Part shown: positions 42,585-53,092 of the stretch, in pieces
Layout of the letters: each line of letters begins with the position of its first letter
Position numbering within the stretch: the first letter of the stretch is position 1
DNA from: an uncultured Planctomycetota bacterium
GTDB taxonomy: Bacteria; Planctomycetota; Planctomycetia; Isosphaerales; Isosphaeraceae
Reading direction: 5' to 3'
Assembly: GCA_963823665.1 (NCBI GenBank)
Contig: CAWGMQ010000005.1
Coordinates: 864,001-928,000, forward strand
Length of the DNA stretch: 64,000 nucleotides
Made by a program: the position numbers and the translations under genes
The notes under the pieces: generated by a model
Told to the model about the DNA's origin: nothing
The model's database searches: none
The model's input: the letters and a program-made list of their open reading frames with translations, nothing else

Positions 42585-43038
42585 TTGGGGTTTAGGGAGT
42601 AGTGGAACAGAAAATGACGTTCGGACCGGTGGCAGGCTCGGGCGATGAATGAATCGCCCGACCTCGGGCAACCCAAGGAAATCTGCCGTATCGTGAGCGG
42701 GATGATTGCATAAATCTATTGCAAATAAAAATCCCAATGCAATACGGTTTTGCAACTTGGAAACCCGCTGGATCTCATCTGGCTGGTTCCGTTGCGTAAA
42801 CGGTCGTTTGTGCACGCGTGCGTCGAGGCTCCGTGCCGGGTTTCGACCGATCTCTGGTTTGGGGGGTCCGTGAAACCGTAACTTTCTGTTCCATTACTCC
42901 CCATGGGCCTGATTCACACCCCCGGCATCCAGTCAGGCAGCCGAAATAAAACGCCTTACAGGACGCCGACGGCCAAGGTGGCGTCGTGGTTCACGCCAAG
43001 CAAACGGAACTGGGCTTATCAGACACACATTCCAATCG

Positions 43039-43458
43039 CTAATGCCTCGTTGCCACAGTATCGTTGGCCAGCAAGGCGATGGCTTGCTCGACCGCACGCC
43101 AGTCCGTGACCGCGAGCGAATCCTGTTCCTGCATGGCCTCTTGCGTGAGCCGGACGGCCTCTGCCCTTGCGCCTGCCCCGTGCTCGTGGATGAGCCACTT
43201 TGCGAATGCGAAATAATCCACCTCCGGTTCCGCGCCAGCGCCCGGCTGTGCGGGGTTCGGTGCGGCTGTAGACTTGGTGGGTAAAAATCGAAGGACGAAG
43301 CGGCGGATGAGGTATACGACGGCGAGCGCCAGAACAAAACCAAGATTTCCGAATGCGACGACCGAAGCTAACCACGGCGAAAAGACCCAGCTAAACTGGA
43401 GTGCCGCCAGCCCCGCCAGGCACGTCACACATACCACGTTGGTAAACAGCGTCTTCAT
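43039..43458 (-). CDS. Membrane protein with small helical C-domain
   Basis: Two TM helices; C-domain paralogous to the neighbouring small ORF. Confidence 0.65.
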   Translation of the reverse strand: MKTLFTNVVCVTCLAGLAALQFSWVFSPWLASVVAFGNLGFVLALAVVYLIRRFVLRFLPTKSTAAPNPAQPGAGAEPEVDYFAFAKWLIHEHGAGARAEAVRLTQEAMQEQDSLAVTDWRAVEQAIALLANDTVATRH

Positions 43459-43656
43459 TCAGTGCCGCGTAGCTGGCGTGCGCAGGTTCTGCAAGTTCTC
43501 GACGGCCTGGCCGATGGCGAGCCAATCCCCCGCCTGCTGCAGGTCGTCCTCCTCCAGAGAACGCAGCATCATCCGATAGGCACGGTCAGCGGCTTGCGTT
43601 CCGCTGTGGTCGATAAGCAGGTGCGCCCTGCGGTAAATGTCCCTTTGAGAAACCAT
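43459..43656 (-). CDS. Small helical hypothetical protein (copy 1)
   Basis: GGAGGGA RBS; DIYRRAHLLI...DW..I..A. Confidence 0.65.
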   Translation of the reverse strand: MVSQRDIYRRAHLLIDHSGTQAADRAYRMMLRSLEEDDLQQAGDWLAIGQAVENLQNLRTPATRH

Positions 43657-43803
43657 GCTTCCCTCCTTGGTCGCGGTGAGTATAGACGGTATTCAATGGT
43701 CGGGAAGGGACAAAGAGCGGCGGCGTCATGAAAAGCGATAGCAACTTGCAAAATATCGGTCTATGTGTCGTAGCTGATAAGCCATGAGGCAGGAGGACGA
43801 TGC

Positions 43804-44229
43804 ATGTCGTGGTCGGACGACCGTATCACTGCGGGGCCGCCAGGAGCGTGGGACGTGGCGGCGGCTATCGCGGCTGGCCTGGGGGCGACGTTCGGCCTGG
43901 CCGGGCTGCTCGTTGGCATTATCACCGGCAGCGCGCCGCTTGCGATCGCCGCCTTTGCCGTCATCTTCGGTACGGGATTGCTTCCGGCGATCGCGGACTG
44001 GCGTGACACGCGTGTCGCTGTTGAAGCGATTGAACAGCGGAACAAAGAGCAGACGGCTATCGACGGGGTGCAGTGCTGCGTGGAAACGCAGACGCCATCG
44101 CTGACGGAAGCACGAGACAGAATCAAGGCGTATTACGCTCACCTGATGAGTGAGCGTTACAGCGGCTCGGGTCGATTTCAGGAGCGTGTGTCAGCAGAGG
44201 CTGCGCCGGGCCGGGAACGCGTGCATTGA
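43804..44229 (+). CDS. Membrane protein between the repeats
   Basis: GGAGGA RBS; two hydrophobic segments. Confidence 0.6.
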   Translation: MSWSDDRITAGPPGAWDVAAAIAAGLGATFGLAGLLVGIITGSAPLAIAAFAVIFGTGLLPAIADWRDTRVAVEAIEQRNKEQTAIDGVQCCVETQTPSLTEARDRIKAYYAHLMSERYSGSGRFQERVSAEAAPGRERVH

Positions 44230-44406
44230 GGGCAGGTTCTGCAAGTTTTCGAGGGCGTGGCCTATGGAGAGCCAATCGCCCGCCTGTGGCAGGTCATCCT
44301 CCTCCAGAGAACACAGCATCATCCGATAGGCACGCTCAGCGGCTTGCGTTCCGGTGCGGTCGATAAGCCGTTGCGCCCTGCGGTAAGTGTCCCTTTCTGA
44401 AACCAT
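44191..44406 (-). CDS. Small helical hypothetical protein (copy 2)
   Basis: Near-identical to 43459-43656. Confidence 0.55.
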   Translation of the reverse strand: MVSERDTYRRAQRLIDRTGTQAAERAYRMMLCSLEEDDLPQAGDWLSIGHALENLQNLPSMHAFPARRSLC

Positions 44407-44478
44407 GCTCCCCTCCGTGGTCGCCGTGAGTATAGACGCGAATTGATGGTCGGGAAGAGAAAAACGCAAATATCATTA

Positions 44479-44997
44479 TTAGCCCCCGGTGGCCTTCAAT
44501 CGCTTCATTCCTTGTCCTCGGTTTTCAAGCCACTCGTCGGGACGATCCCCGAGATCGGATAGTAGCGGGTAAGAATTCTGGCAGTCATCAAGCAGGCTGA
44601 TCGCCGCGCGGTTCTTGAGCGCGGTGATGTTGACGAACAAGGACTGAAAGGGAACGCCGGCGTAGGCTACGCCGCTATGGGGCCAGGTGTTGTCGATAGC
44701 TCGACCGCACCCGTCAGTTACCCAGGCATGAAGCCTCGGCGCGCTGCCGCCAGTAAACAGCGCGAATCCTTCGCAGTAAATCAGCGCGTCGTTCTCGACC
44801 GTCAGGAGTGTGGCATTCTTGAAGCATTCCTGCGGCGTTCCACGGATGATGTGCCCAGGAAGCACGCTGGGTTCGTACCACCAGCCATATTGAAGCACGA
44901 ATTCTTCAAGCGCGCGTTTAAAGACCGCCTTCCCGCGAGGCGTCGGTATATCGCGGCGCAGGAAGGCCAGGAGTGTTGCTTCCGGGGCGCTGGTCAC
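44479..44997 (-). CDS. Hypothetical protein with Cys/His/Asp motifs (possibly transglutaminase-like)
   Basis: ECFKNA, YCEG, HAW, IDNTW. Confidence 0.65.
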   Translation of the reverse strand: MTSAPEATLLAFLRRDIPTPRGKAVFKRALEEFVLQYGWWYEPSVLPGHIIRGTPQECFKNATLLTVENDALIYCEGFALFTGGSAPRLHAWVTDGCGRAIDNTWPHSGVAYAGVPFQSLFVNITALKNRAAISLLDDCQNSYPLLSDLGDRPDEWLENRGQGMKRLKATGG

Positions 44998-45439
44998 GCT
45001 CCTGCCCGAAAGAACCTGGCCATCAGCTCGCCCCTTACGTCCCGGCGAAACAATCCCCTGATGCGGTCGGGAAGGCTCATACCAGTTCGCCCATCAGCCC
45101 GCCTCCAGCATGGCCGCAGGCGAAGGTATACCGCCCGGCGGCTCAGCTCCGTAGACGCTGACCCTGGCGCGCTTCATGTTCAAATACTCCCTTTCGCAGG
45201 CGTAATCGTAGCCGCCGAGTTCCTCGGCGAACTGGCTGGAGAAAGCTGTCACCAGATATGCTGTCATCTTTCAACGGCAGCCAGGAAGTGAGCCACTTTC
45301 GCAGCCAGAATTGAACCACTTGAATGGTTGCCGCGTGAAGCACAGACAAGGTGCTTCGGGATGTGACGGCCGTCGTTCGATGAAGCGTGGATCAAATCAA
45401 GTCGACTGGCTGATCCCTAGCTCCGGCGTCGACGCTATT

Positions 45440-46255
45440 TCACTTCTTCGGTCGCTTGACGGCCGATGCTTGTTCGCCCCGATGCGCCCGATACGACTTG
45501 CCGTTGATCTTCATGATGATCGCTCCGTCGACAACTCGGTCCAAGAACGCCATTGCCAACGGTGGATCGCCCCAGTAGTCGCCCCATGCGTCGAAGTCGA
45601 TGTTCGTCACCAATGCCGTCGACCGCCCACTGCGGACGTTGATCAGCTTGTACAACAGGCTGGCCGCTTGGGGCGATTCGATCCGTTCCAGTCGGTCGAA
45701 GCCGACCTCGTCGAGAATCAACAGATCGAATTTGGCATAGTATCGCAAGTGGCTCGGCAACGTCTGGTCCGCCAGCGCTGCTGTCAGTTTTTGCAAAATT
45801 GAGCTGCTGGTCTCGTACCGCACCCGGTAACCCAGCACACAGGCACACTGGCCAATCGCTTGGATCAGATGACTTTTGCCGACGCCGCTTTGACCCACCC
45901 AAACCAGACTTTGATGCCGGCCGATGAACTCCCCTTCGGCTAATGCCTCGATCCGCACTCGATCGATAACCGCCGCATTGAACTGCCAATCGAAGTCAGC
46001 CAGCGTTTTGTTTTCAGCGAAGCTGGCTTCGCGGATACGGTGGGCAATCCTGCGATCACGACGCCCGTTGGCTTGCTCGCTGATCAGCAACCGTAGGAAT
46101 TCCAGGTGGGATAGCCCGTCGCTCTCGGCACGGCCTACAACCGCGTCGAGTTGCTCGGACCGCAGGGGAATGCCCAGCACCTCGAAGTCCTCAAGGATCT
46201 TCTGGCGCAGTTCCGTCCCCGCCGGCTTCGCCTTGGGCGCTGGTCGGGTCTTCAT
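45440..46255 (-). CDS. istB: IS21 helper ATPase
   Basis: [25 protein letters not shown]. Confidence 0.93.
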   Translation of the reverse strand: MKTRPAPKAKPAGTELRQKILEDFEVLGIPLRSEQLDAVVGRAESDGLSHLEFLRLLISEQANGRRDRRIAHRIREASFAENKTLADFDWQFNAAVIDRVRIEALAEGEFIGRHQSLVWVGQSGVGKSHLIQAIGQCACVLGYRVRYETSSSILQKLTAALADQTLPSHLRYYAKFDLLILDEVGFDRLERIESPQAASLLYKLINVRSGRSTALVTNIDFDAWGDYWGDPPLAMAFLDRVVDGAIIMKINGKSYRAHRGEQASAVKRPKK

Positions 46256-47754
46256 CCTCGTGCTCCTCCGGCTCGCAAAGGTATTGGTAGCCTGACGTCG
46301 GGCGCGGGGACACCTTATCCTCGCCCAGCCAAGGAGGCAGCGGACGCTCTTCGTCGGCCAGCACCTCCAAGATAGTCTTCGGTCGAGCTTGGACCGACAG
46401 GATACGTGCCGCCGCCGCATGAGAATAAGCACCATATCGGACCGCTCGCTCCAACGCGGCGATCACGTCTGTTCGGGTGTAGGTTCCCAATAGTGCCAGC
46501 ACTCGCTGCGCCTGGTCCTTACCGTATCGCTGAACTCTCAGCAGCCCTTCCAGGAACCGACGGCCCACTTCGCCCAGCTCGCCAAAGCGTTCCTCCAGTT
46601 GCGCCTGTCGCCGGTGTGTGCTTTCGTTAGGCCGGTGCTCCTTGTGCACGCTCCGTTGCCCTCTGGCCGTGCGCGGCAACAGCGCGTGCCGGGTGATCTC
46701 CTCGACCTGAGGACCGTAAACGATCACCTCGGTCTCGGTCACCCGCACCGGCAACACGCAGCCGATGTACCGCCAAGGCACTGAGTAGCCGTTCTGGCAG
46801 TAAGTGACCAAGCCTTCGACGTCGACTGTGCGATAGATAACCGGGGCGACCACATAAGCTTGGTTTGGTAACGGGATCAGGTGGGGAAGTTCCTCCTGAT
46901 GCAGCTGCAAGGGCGTCTTGCCGGCGGCGCGGAGCTCGCGGACATCCGCGACCTGCGCCAGCCACCAATCGGTGGTCTCATTCAGATGACTGAGCGATTC
47001 GAAGCTGCGGCCGTTGAACAAGCTGGTTTCAACGTAATAAAACGGGCGTTCCACCTTTCCCTTGGTTTGAGGCCGCCGCACGCGGCAGGCCACTGGCCGG
47101 AATCCGTAGTGGGTGGCGAAGGCCAGGAACCGCGGGTTGTAGATCGGCACGTCATCCTCGTGACCACTGACCACAACTTTCATATTGTCATACAAGCAGG
47201 TAGCGGCCACGCCTCCCAGATGCATAAAGGCCCGCACGTGCTCACGCAGGGTGGTCACCATGTCCTGGGCCTCGACGAAGCGCAGATACTGCCGCCGTGA
47301 ATAGCCCAGGATGTAGCTGAACAAATTGACGCGGCGCCGGCCTTCACAAGTGAAGTCCAGATCGTAGACGGCGTAATCCATCTGAGCCTGGACACCCGGC
47401 CCAGTCTCAAAGCGGATGACCGGCTGTGGTCCCGAGCCCGGACGGAGCTCGCGTAGCCGCTGGCGGACCGTGCTATAGCTGCCCGGGAAGCCCTGCTGGC
47501 GCAGCTCTTCCAAGAGCCGTACGCCGGTCAAATCGGGATATCGGCCCAGGAGCTCGAGGATGACCGGCTCGTAGGGATCGAGCTGGCTGGGTCTGTCTGC
47601 GCGAGGTCGACGCCTTGCCGGCCCGCTGGGCATCAATCCCGACAAGCACCCGGCTCACCGTGTTCCGTGCCAGTCCCAACTCGCGGGCGATCTGTCGCAT
47701 TGATGCACCGCCGCGCCAGCGGCTGACAATCTCATTGCGCTTTTGCTCGGTCAT
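46191..47754 (-). CDS. istA: IS21 transposase (apparent frameshift ~47600)
   Basis: HTH in one frame; [24 protein letters not shown] in the next. Confidence 0.9.
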
Positions 47755-48664
47755 GATTGTTCAACTCTCCGATGAGGTCCTGAGCCAAAGAGGCCACGCT
47801 GGAGGCATCACGCGCCAACTTGGAGAATGCTGACGTCAGCACCAAGTGATCGCAGGGGGTCAAGCCGGCGCGGCCCTGACTGCGCAGCCAGGTCTCGATG
47901 CGACCCAGGTCCTCAAGGACGTAGGTGAGACGTCGCGCCACGCGGTTGCCCGAACTGCTTAGCCTTGGGTCCCAGGCCCAGCCAGTCTCCTCCCGTGCTT
48001 GCCGCAAGGCCTGGCGCGGCTGGGCCAAGATGTACTCTTCCTGAGTCTGACCGGGCGCCGCTTGGAGCAGATTCACGACGCCATCGAGCTCGGCAGCCGT
48101 CAGCTTGTCGCGGCGGAGCGTTGCAAGAAGCTCAGGTTGGTTGCCGGCCGGCAACCGCACCAGCGAGCGAGCGGCCGTGACCGACAACAGCCCCAATCGC
48201 AGGTCGTTCTTGGCCGCGTCGGCCAGCTTCTCGACCAGGGCCAGCCGACGGCAGACCCAGCTCTTGTGGTGGGAGAGCAGCTCGGCGACCTCCTCCTGCG
48301 TCAGACCGTCCTCGCGCACCAAGGCGTGCACGATCCAAGCTTCCTCCCACTCTTGAGTCCGCCTGCCGGTTTGATTGAGGCCCAGGATCGTCGCCTTGGC
48401 CAGGCGCTCATTAACTTCCACGACCCGCGTGCTGACGGTCAGGAAACCGAGTGTCTGCGCGGCTGCCAGACGCTTGAAGCCGTCGAGAACCTCGTATCTT
48501 TCCTCTCGCAGGCAGACGACTACGGGAGTTTGCTGTCCATAGCGACTCAGGGATGCCGCCATGGCGGCCTCGGCGTCGGGATCGGGAAGGCGATAGCGCC
48601 GATACCGCTGACCCAGTTGATCCACCGCCATGAAGCGGATGTCCGTCGTGTACGAGTCTGTCAT
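47732..48664 (-). CDS. ParB/Srx N-domain plus HTH protein within IS21
   Basis: SL.RYGQ.TPV, VLDGFKRL, LTQEEVAELLSHHKSWV.RRL; overlaps the istA start. Confidence 0.88.
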   Translation of the reverse strand: MTDSYTTDIRFMAVDQLGQRYRRYRLPDPDAEAAMAASLSRYGQQTPVVVCLREERYEVLDGFKRLAAAQTLGFLTVSTRVVEVNERLAKATILGLNQTGRRTQEWEEAWIVHALVREDGLTQEEVAELLSHHKSWVCRRLALVEKLADAAKNDLRLGLLSVTAARSLVRLPAGNQPELLATLRRDKLTAAELDGVVNLLQAAPGQTQEEYILAQPRQALRQAREETGWAWDPRLSSSGNRVARRLTYVLEDLGRIETWLRSQGRAGLTPCDHLVLTSAFSKLARDASSVASLAQDLIGELNNHDRAKAQ

Positions 48665-48769
48665 GAGAAACCTCGTCACAAAGGCCCAATCCGAGTAAGG
48701 AAACGGGAGACCGGAGGGCCCGGCCCTCCCGCTTCCTCCTCGGTTCTTGGGCAAGAACAAACATAAGTA

Positions 48770-49486
48770 TTAGGGGGTAACGTCTTCTATACGTGACGAC
48801 ATGAGAAGGGGATGTTGAGGCGGTCCGCGGCGATGCATATAACGGGGAAGAACCCCGCGCCGGCGTCGTTGCCGGAGTCGAAGTTCGCGTTGTCGAACTC
48901 GTCGTAACGCTTGGTGGCACGAGTAGGAACAGAATTTCTGATCGGGAGAACGCCCCGAGGGAAGGAATAACATGTAGCAGCCAGGTCTGTGGCAAGGCAG
49001 ACCGCAAGATTGTTCGGGTATTTTGGCTGGGCGCTGGCCCTCGGCGGGTGTTGAGGCGAGCGGAGGCGGCTCGGATGCGGTGGATGTCTGCGACTCGACG
49101 ACTGGGGAAGTCAGCTCGACGTCGCAGGCTGGCGGCGCCGGTTCAGCAAGAAATGATCGTTGCTGGAGACGGATTCGATAGCGTCGGGCCTGCTCTCGCC
49201 GGATTGCCTTGCCATGGGTAGTAGCCTTGAAGCGCTGGCAGGAAAGCCAGCGGCGCCAGCGGCAGGCGGATTCCTGACAGGCCGGGCTGCAATATCGCGC
49301 CTGAGGCCGGCGCGGCAAGAACCAGACTTCACAGCCTTTGAGCAGGCAACGGTGGCAGTTGGGGTGCCAACGCCGAGATCGGGGTGATTGACCCGACGGT
49401 GATGCGCGCGGAAACTGAGAATGGCCCACGGGAGGGATTGCTCCCGAGCGGTCAGGCGGCGGGAAGGTGGAACTTCCCGCCGCCAC
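48770..49486 (-). CDS. Cys-rich protein with two putative zinc fingers (start uncertain)
   Basis: CLLKGC..F.P......YCSPAC and CHRPGC..F.P......FCSYSC, each followed by an Arg-rich helix. Confidence 0.6.
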   Translation of the reverse strand: MAAGSSTFPPPDRSGAIPPVGHSQFPRASPSGQSPRSRRWHPNCHRCLLKGCEVWFLPRRPQARYCSPACQESACRWRRWLSCQRFKATTHGKAIRREQARRYRIRLQQRSFLAEPAPPACDVELTSPVVESQTSTASEPPPLASTPAEGQRPAKIPEQSCGLPCHRPGCYMLFLPSGRSPDQKFCSYSCHQALRRVRQRELRLRQRRRRGVLPRYMHRRGPPQHPLLMSSRIEDVTP

Positions 49487-50039
49487 TTTGCGCCGTGGAT
49501 TGAAAGAGCCGTCATCGGCGACTGAGCGGCAATTACACTCCAGCCTACCTGCATTGAATCACACGTGCCAGAAACTTGGTAAAGACGCTGAGAGAGAGCC
49601 AAACCCACCATCGACCGATCGCGGAATGGCTCAGGTGGCTCTGCGATAATGGCTCAGCGTTTCGTTGCTGCTGACAGTCATCGCCTTGTTCAGGGTGGCG
49701 TTGCATGTGTCGCATTGCCAGGGGCCGCTTTTGAGTGGCCCGCTGATGATGAGGACGGTTTCGCCTGCCTCGCGGTAATCCTCCTGCCGCTCCTGGCATC
49801 GGGCATCTTGTTTCTTGCCGTGCTGCTCGCAGTAAAGCCGTGGCATGGCGGCCTCAATTCCGTCCGGCGTCCGCCAGCATCCGGCGGGCCTGTTGCAGCA
49901 CATCGTTGTAGGCCATCTTGCGGCCGGTTTTCATGTCGGGCGTCTGGTCGGGCGCACGATCGGCTTCCGTCCATTTGTCCGAGCAGAACTCGATGATGTG
50001 CTGTAGCGGCTGGTGAGCGTCGGTCATGGTCAAGCCATA

Positions 50040-50340
50040 GCCGATGATGACGCTGACGTCAATTTATTGTGTTCAAGTTGCACCCGGCCACTATTAACAG
50101 TTTTTTGGGGCGTCCCGGCGTAAATGATTACCGTGTCAGTCGGCTGACTGAATGGCCAGTTTTCGGGGGGATGTGGTGGAACCGGTTTCACGGTGTAATT
50201 CAGGGCCTTATTTTGCGAAGCAAAAATAAGGAGGCAAGTCTGTAGGAGTTTTATTCTGTCTTTGTTTATGCGAAAACCACTTGATTTTGTGGTTTTCGCA
50301 CATATGATCCCACAACATCTGGTTCACCAGGTAGGGGTTC
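50040..50340. promoter_or_regulatory. Candidate oriT
   Basis: Non-coding, lower GC, upstream of the relaxase; inverted repeats CCTTATTTT/AAAATAAGG and GCGAAAACCAC/GTGGTTTTCGC. nic site not identified. Confidence 0.5.
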
Positions 50341-50344
50341 CATC

Positions 50345-53092
50345 ATGCTGCGTCCTTACACCGCCACCTCGGCGTACGGCGTTAAGAAATACTTCGAGAC
50401 GGCGGACTATTATTCGCAGGGCAACGAGACCGTCGGGCTGTGGGGCGGCAAGCTGGCGGGCCAGTTCGGGCTGCACGGCCAGGTCACCAAAGACGCTTTC
50501 GGCCAGCTCTGCGACAACATCAACCCCGCCACGGGCGAGCAGCTTACCCCGCGCATGAACGAGAACCGCCGCGTCGGCGAGGACTTCGTGTTCTCGCTGC
50601 CCAAGGATGTCGGGGCCTATATCATGCTGCTGCCGGCGGCTGAGCGCGACGCCATGCTGGAGAAGATCGGCGGGCGGGTCGGTCAGGTCATGACGATGAT
50701 CGAGGGCGCGGTCGAAACGAGGGTGCGTAAGGACGGCGCGTTCGAGAACCGTCCCGGTGACGGGCTGGTATGGGCGGGCTTCCTGCACACCACCGCCCGG
50801 CCGGTGAAGAATTTCGCGCCCGACCCCCACCCCCACTGGCATATGTTCAATTTTAACGCCACGCGCGATAACGTCGAGGGCGGGCGGATCAAGGCGGCGG
50901 ATTTCGCGAACATCTACCGCGACCGGCCGTTCTACGAATCGGTGTTTTACTCGCTGGTGGCGAAGGATCTCGCTGCGGCCGGCCTGCCGATCGAGCGGCG
51001 GCCCGGCGGCAAATGGGGACTGGCTGGTCTGCAACCGCTGGGCGTGACGTTTTCCAAACGGACGGGCGAGATCGAGGACGAGGCCAAACGCCTCAACATC
51101 ACCGAGCCCGGCCGCAAGGCCAAGCTGGGGGCGACGACGCGCTCAAAGAAAGACAAGGAACTGACGCCGGAGGAGCTACGCGAGGAATGGGACGCGCAGC
51201 TCACCCCCGAGCACCGCCAGGCGATCGAACGGGTTAAGTCCGGGCAAGCGCCTGCGGCGGTGGAAGTGACGGCGCACGATGCGGTGGCCTACGCCATCGC
51301 CCATTGCAGCGAGAAGCTGTCGGTGATCCCCGAGCGGGAGCTGGAGCGCGTGGCGCTGCTGCATGGGCTGGGCAACGTCACGCTCGAGCAGGTCGAGGCC
51401 GAGCTGCCGCGTCAGGGCGTCTTCACCGAAGTCGTTGACGGCCGGGTCATGGCCACCACCGAAAAGCTCCAGGAGGAAGAAAACGCGATTATCAATTTCG
51501 CGGCGGGCGGACAGGGCACGGTCGAGCCGGTCGGCGTGCCCGACGGGCTGACCCGCGCGCTGCCCAACGGCAAATCGCTTAATGACGGCCAGTGGGCGGC
51601 GGTGCAAGGGCTGCTCAATACCAGCAACCTCGTCAACATTCTCGAAGGGCCCGCCGGCGCGGGAAAATCGGCGCTGCTGGCCAAGTACGATGAAGGCATG
51701 CGGCTGGCCGGTCAGGAAGTGAATTACTTCGCGACCACCGGCAAAGCGGTGGAGGTGCTGCAGGAGGACGGCTTCGCGGATACGAAGACCGTCGCCCACC
51801 TGCTGAAGAATGAGAAGCTGCAGGCGGCGATTCGCGGCAGCCGCGTGGTTATCGATGAAGTCAGCATGCTCGGACATAAGGACGCGCTGGAGCTGTGCCG
51901 CATCGCTGAGGAATATGACCTGAAACTAACGCTTGTCGGCGACCCGCTCCAGCACGGCGCCGTTGCGCATGGCGCGCTCATGCGGGTGTTGAAGGATTAT
52001 GCCAACATCACGCCGTTCCGCCTGAGCGACATCATGCGGCAGGAGAAGCCGGAGTACCGGGCGGCGGCGACGCTGCTGTCGCAAGGCAAGACGGTCGAAG
52101 GGCTGGAAGCCATCGACCGCCTGGGATGGATTCGCGAAATGAGCGATGAAGACCGCGTGTCGAGTATCGCGGACGATTACGCGCAAGCCCAGGCCGACCT
52201 CAAATCCCTCCCCGTCAACAAGCGAATCCTCGTGGTCTCCCCCACCCACGCCGGCTCAGCGCGCGTGAACAGCGCGATACGCTCACGCTTGCGCGACGCC
52301 GGGATGCTCACAGGCGAAGACAAAGGCTTTACCCGGCTCGAGGCGGTCGATACGAGCGAAGCTGAACGCACCCAGGCGACCACCTACCGACCGGGCGATG
52401 TGCTCGTGTTCCACCAGAACGCCAAGGGCTTCAAAAAGGGCCAGCGCCTCACGCTGACCGACCCGGATTCGGCGCCGCTGTCCGAAGCCGCGCGGTTCTC
52501 GCTCTACCGGCCGGTGGAGGATGTGAAGCTGGCGGCCGGCGACCGCATCATGTTCACCGGCAGCGTCAAGACGGTGGACGGCCAGCATACCCTCAAGAAC
52601 GGCATGGTGCGGGGCGTGGCAGGGTTCACGCCGGGCGGCAACATCCGGCTCGATGACGGCAAGCTCATCGCGGCCGATGCCGGTTTGTGGAACCACGCCT
52701 ATTGCGTGACGTCCTATGGCTCACAAGGCAAAACTGTGCAGCGCGTGGTGGTCGATATGCCGTCATCGTCGCGCGGGGCGATCAATCAGGAGCAGATGTA
52801 CGTCTCCGCGACGCGCGGCAAAGCCTGGATGCGTATCTATACCGATGACAAGGGAGAGCTGAAGGCGGCGGCGCAGCGCTCATCGCGCAAACTGGCCGCC
52901 CTCGACATCAAACGCCCGGCAGCGAAGCCGGCGAAGGCAGCCAAGCCTCAGCGGTGGCACCGGCTGCGCAAGCACCTCGAACGGCTGCGGCGGCTGGCGG
53001 TCATCGACCGCACGCGGGCGGCAAGGGACAACGCCCCGCCGCCGCCGCGGAAACAACACGAAAGGCAGGCCGATCATGGCTACGAACGATGA
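50345..53092 (+). CDS. MOBF (TrwC/TraI-like) relaxase-helicase
   Basis: Y...DYY, HTTARP...DPHPHWH, FSKRT, GPAGAGKS, IDE, HAY..T...SQG. Confidence 0.95.
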   Translation: MLRPYTATSAYGVKKYFETADYYSQGNETVGLWGGKLAGQFGLHGQVTKDAFGQLCDNINPATGEQLTPRMNENRRVGEDFVFSLPKDVGAYIMLLPAAERDAMLEKIGGRVGQVMTMIEGAVETRVRKDGAFENRPGDGLVWAGFLHTTARPVKNFAPDPHPHWHMFNFNATRDNVEGGRIKAADFANIYRDRPFYESVFYSLVAKDLAAAGLPIERRPGGKWGLAGLQPLGVTFSKRTGEIEDEAKRLNITEPGRKAKLGATTRSKKDKELTPEELREEWDAQLTPEHRQAIERVKSGQAPAAVEVTAHDAVAYAIAHCSEKLSVIPERELERVALLHGLGNVTLEQVEAELPRQGVFTEVVDGRVMATTEKLQEEENAIINFAAGGQGTVEPVGVPDGLTRALPNGKSLNDGQWAAVQGLLNTSNLVNILEGPAGAGKSALLAKYDEGMRLAGQEVNYFATTGKAVEVLQEDGFADTKTVAHLLKNEKLQAAIRGSRVVIDEVSMLGHKDALELCRIAEEYDLKLTLVGDPLQHGAVAHGALMRVLKDYANITPFRLSDIMRQEKPEYRAAATLLSQGKTVEGLEAIDRLGWIREMSDEDRVSSIADDYAQAQADLKSLPVNKRILVVSPTHAGSARVNSAIRSRLRDAGMLTGEDKGFTRLEAVDTSEAERTQATTYRPGDVLVFHQNAKGFKKGQRLTLTDPDSAPLSEAARFSLYRPVEDVKLAAGDRIMFTGSVKTVDGQHTLKNGMVRGVAGFTPGGNIRLDDGKLIAADAGLWNHAYCVTSYGSQGKTVQRVVVDMPSSSRGAINQEQMYVSATRGKAWMRIYTDDKGELKAAAQRSSRKLAALDIKRPAAKPAKAAKPQRWHRLRKHLERLRRLAVIDRTRAARDNAPPPPRKQHERQADHGYER

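Larger units (their letters stand above)
43482..44457 (+). repeat. ~226-bp imperfect direct repeat (43482-43707 and 44232-44457)
   Basis: Gap-free alignment at a 750-bp offset. Confidence 0.9.
45269..49676 (-). mobile_element. 4.4-kb IS21-family element with accessory ParB-like and Cys-rich genes
   Basis: 36-bp imperfect IRs containing TGAGCCA..TCGCAG; 6-bp TSD GTCATC (45263-45268, 49677-49682). Confidence 0.9.
45094..49847 (-). pseudogene. Small Cys-containing gene split by the ParB-IS21
   Basis: Removing the element and one GTCATC gives MPRLYC...CDTCNATLNKAMTAYLVTAF...MLEAG* in frame. Confidence 0.75.

Noticed and set aside
25700..44500. Integron cassette array
   Set aside because: Mixed gene orientations, no recurring attC-like sites seen, no IntI-type integrase recognised.
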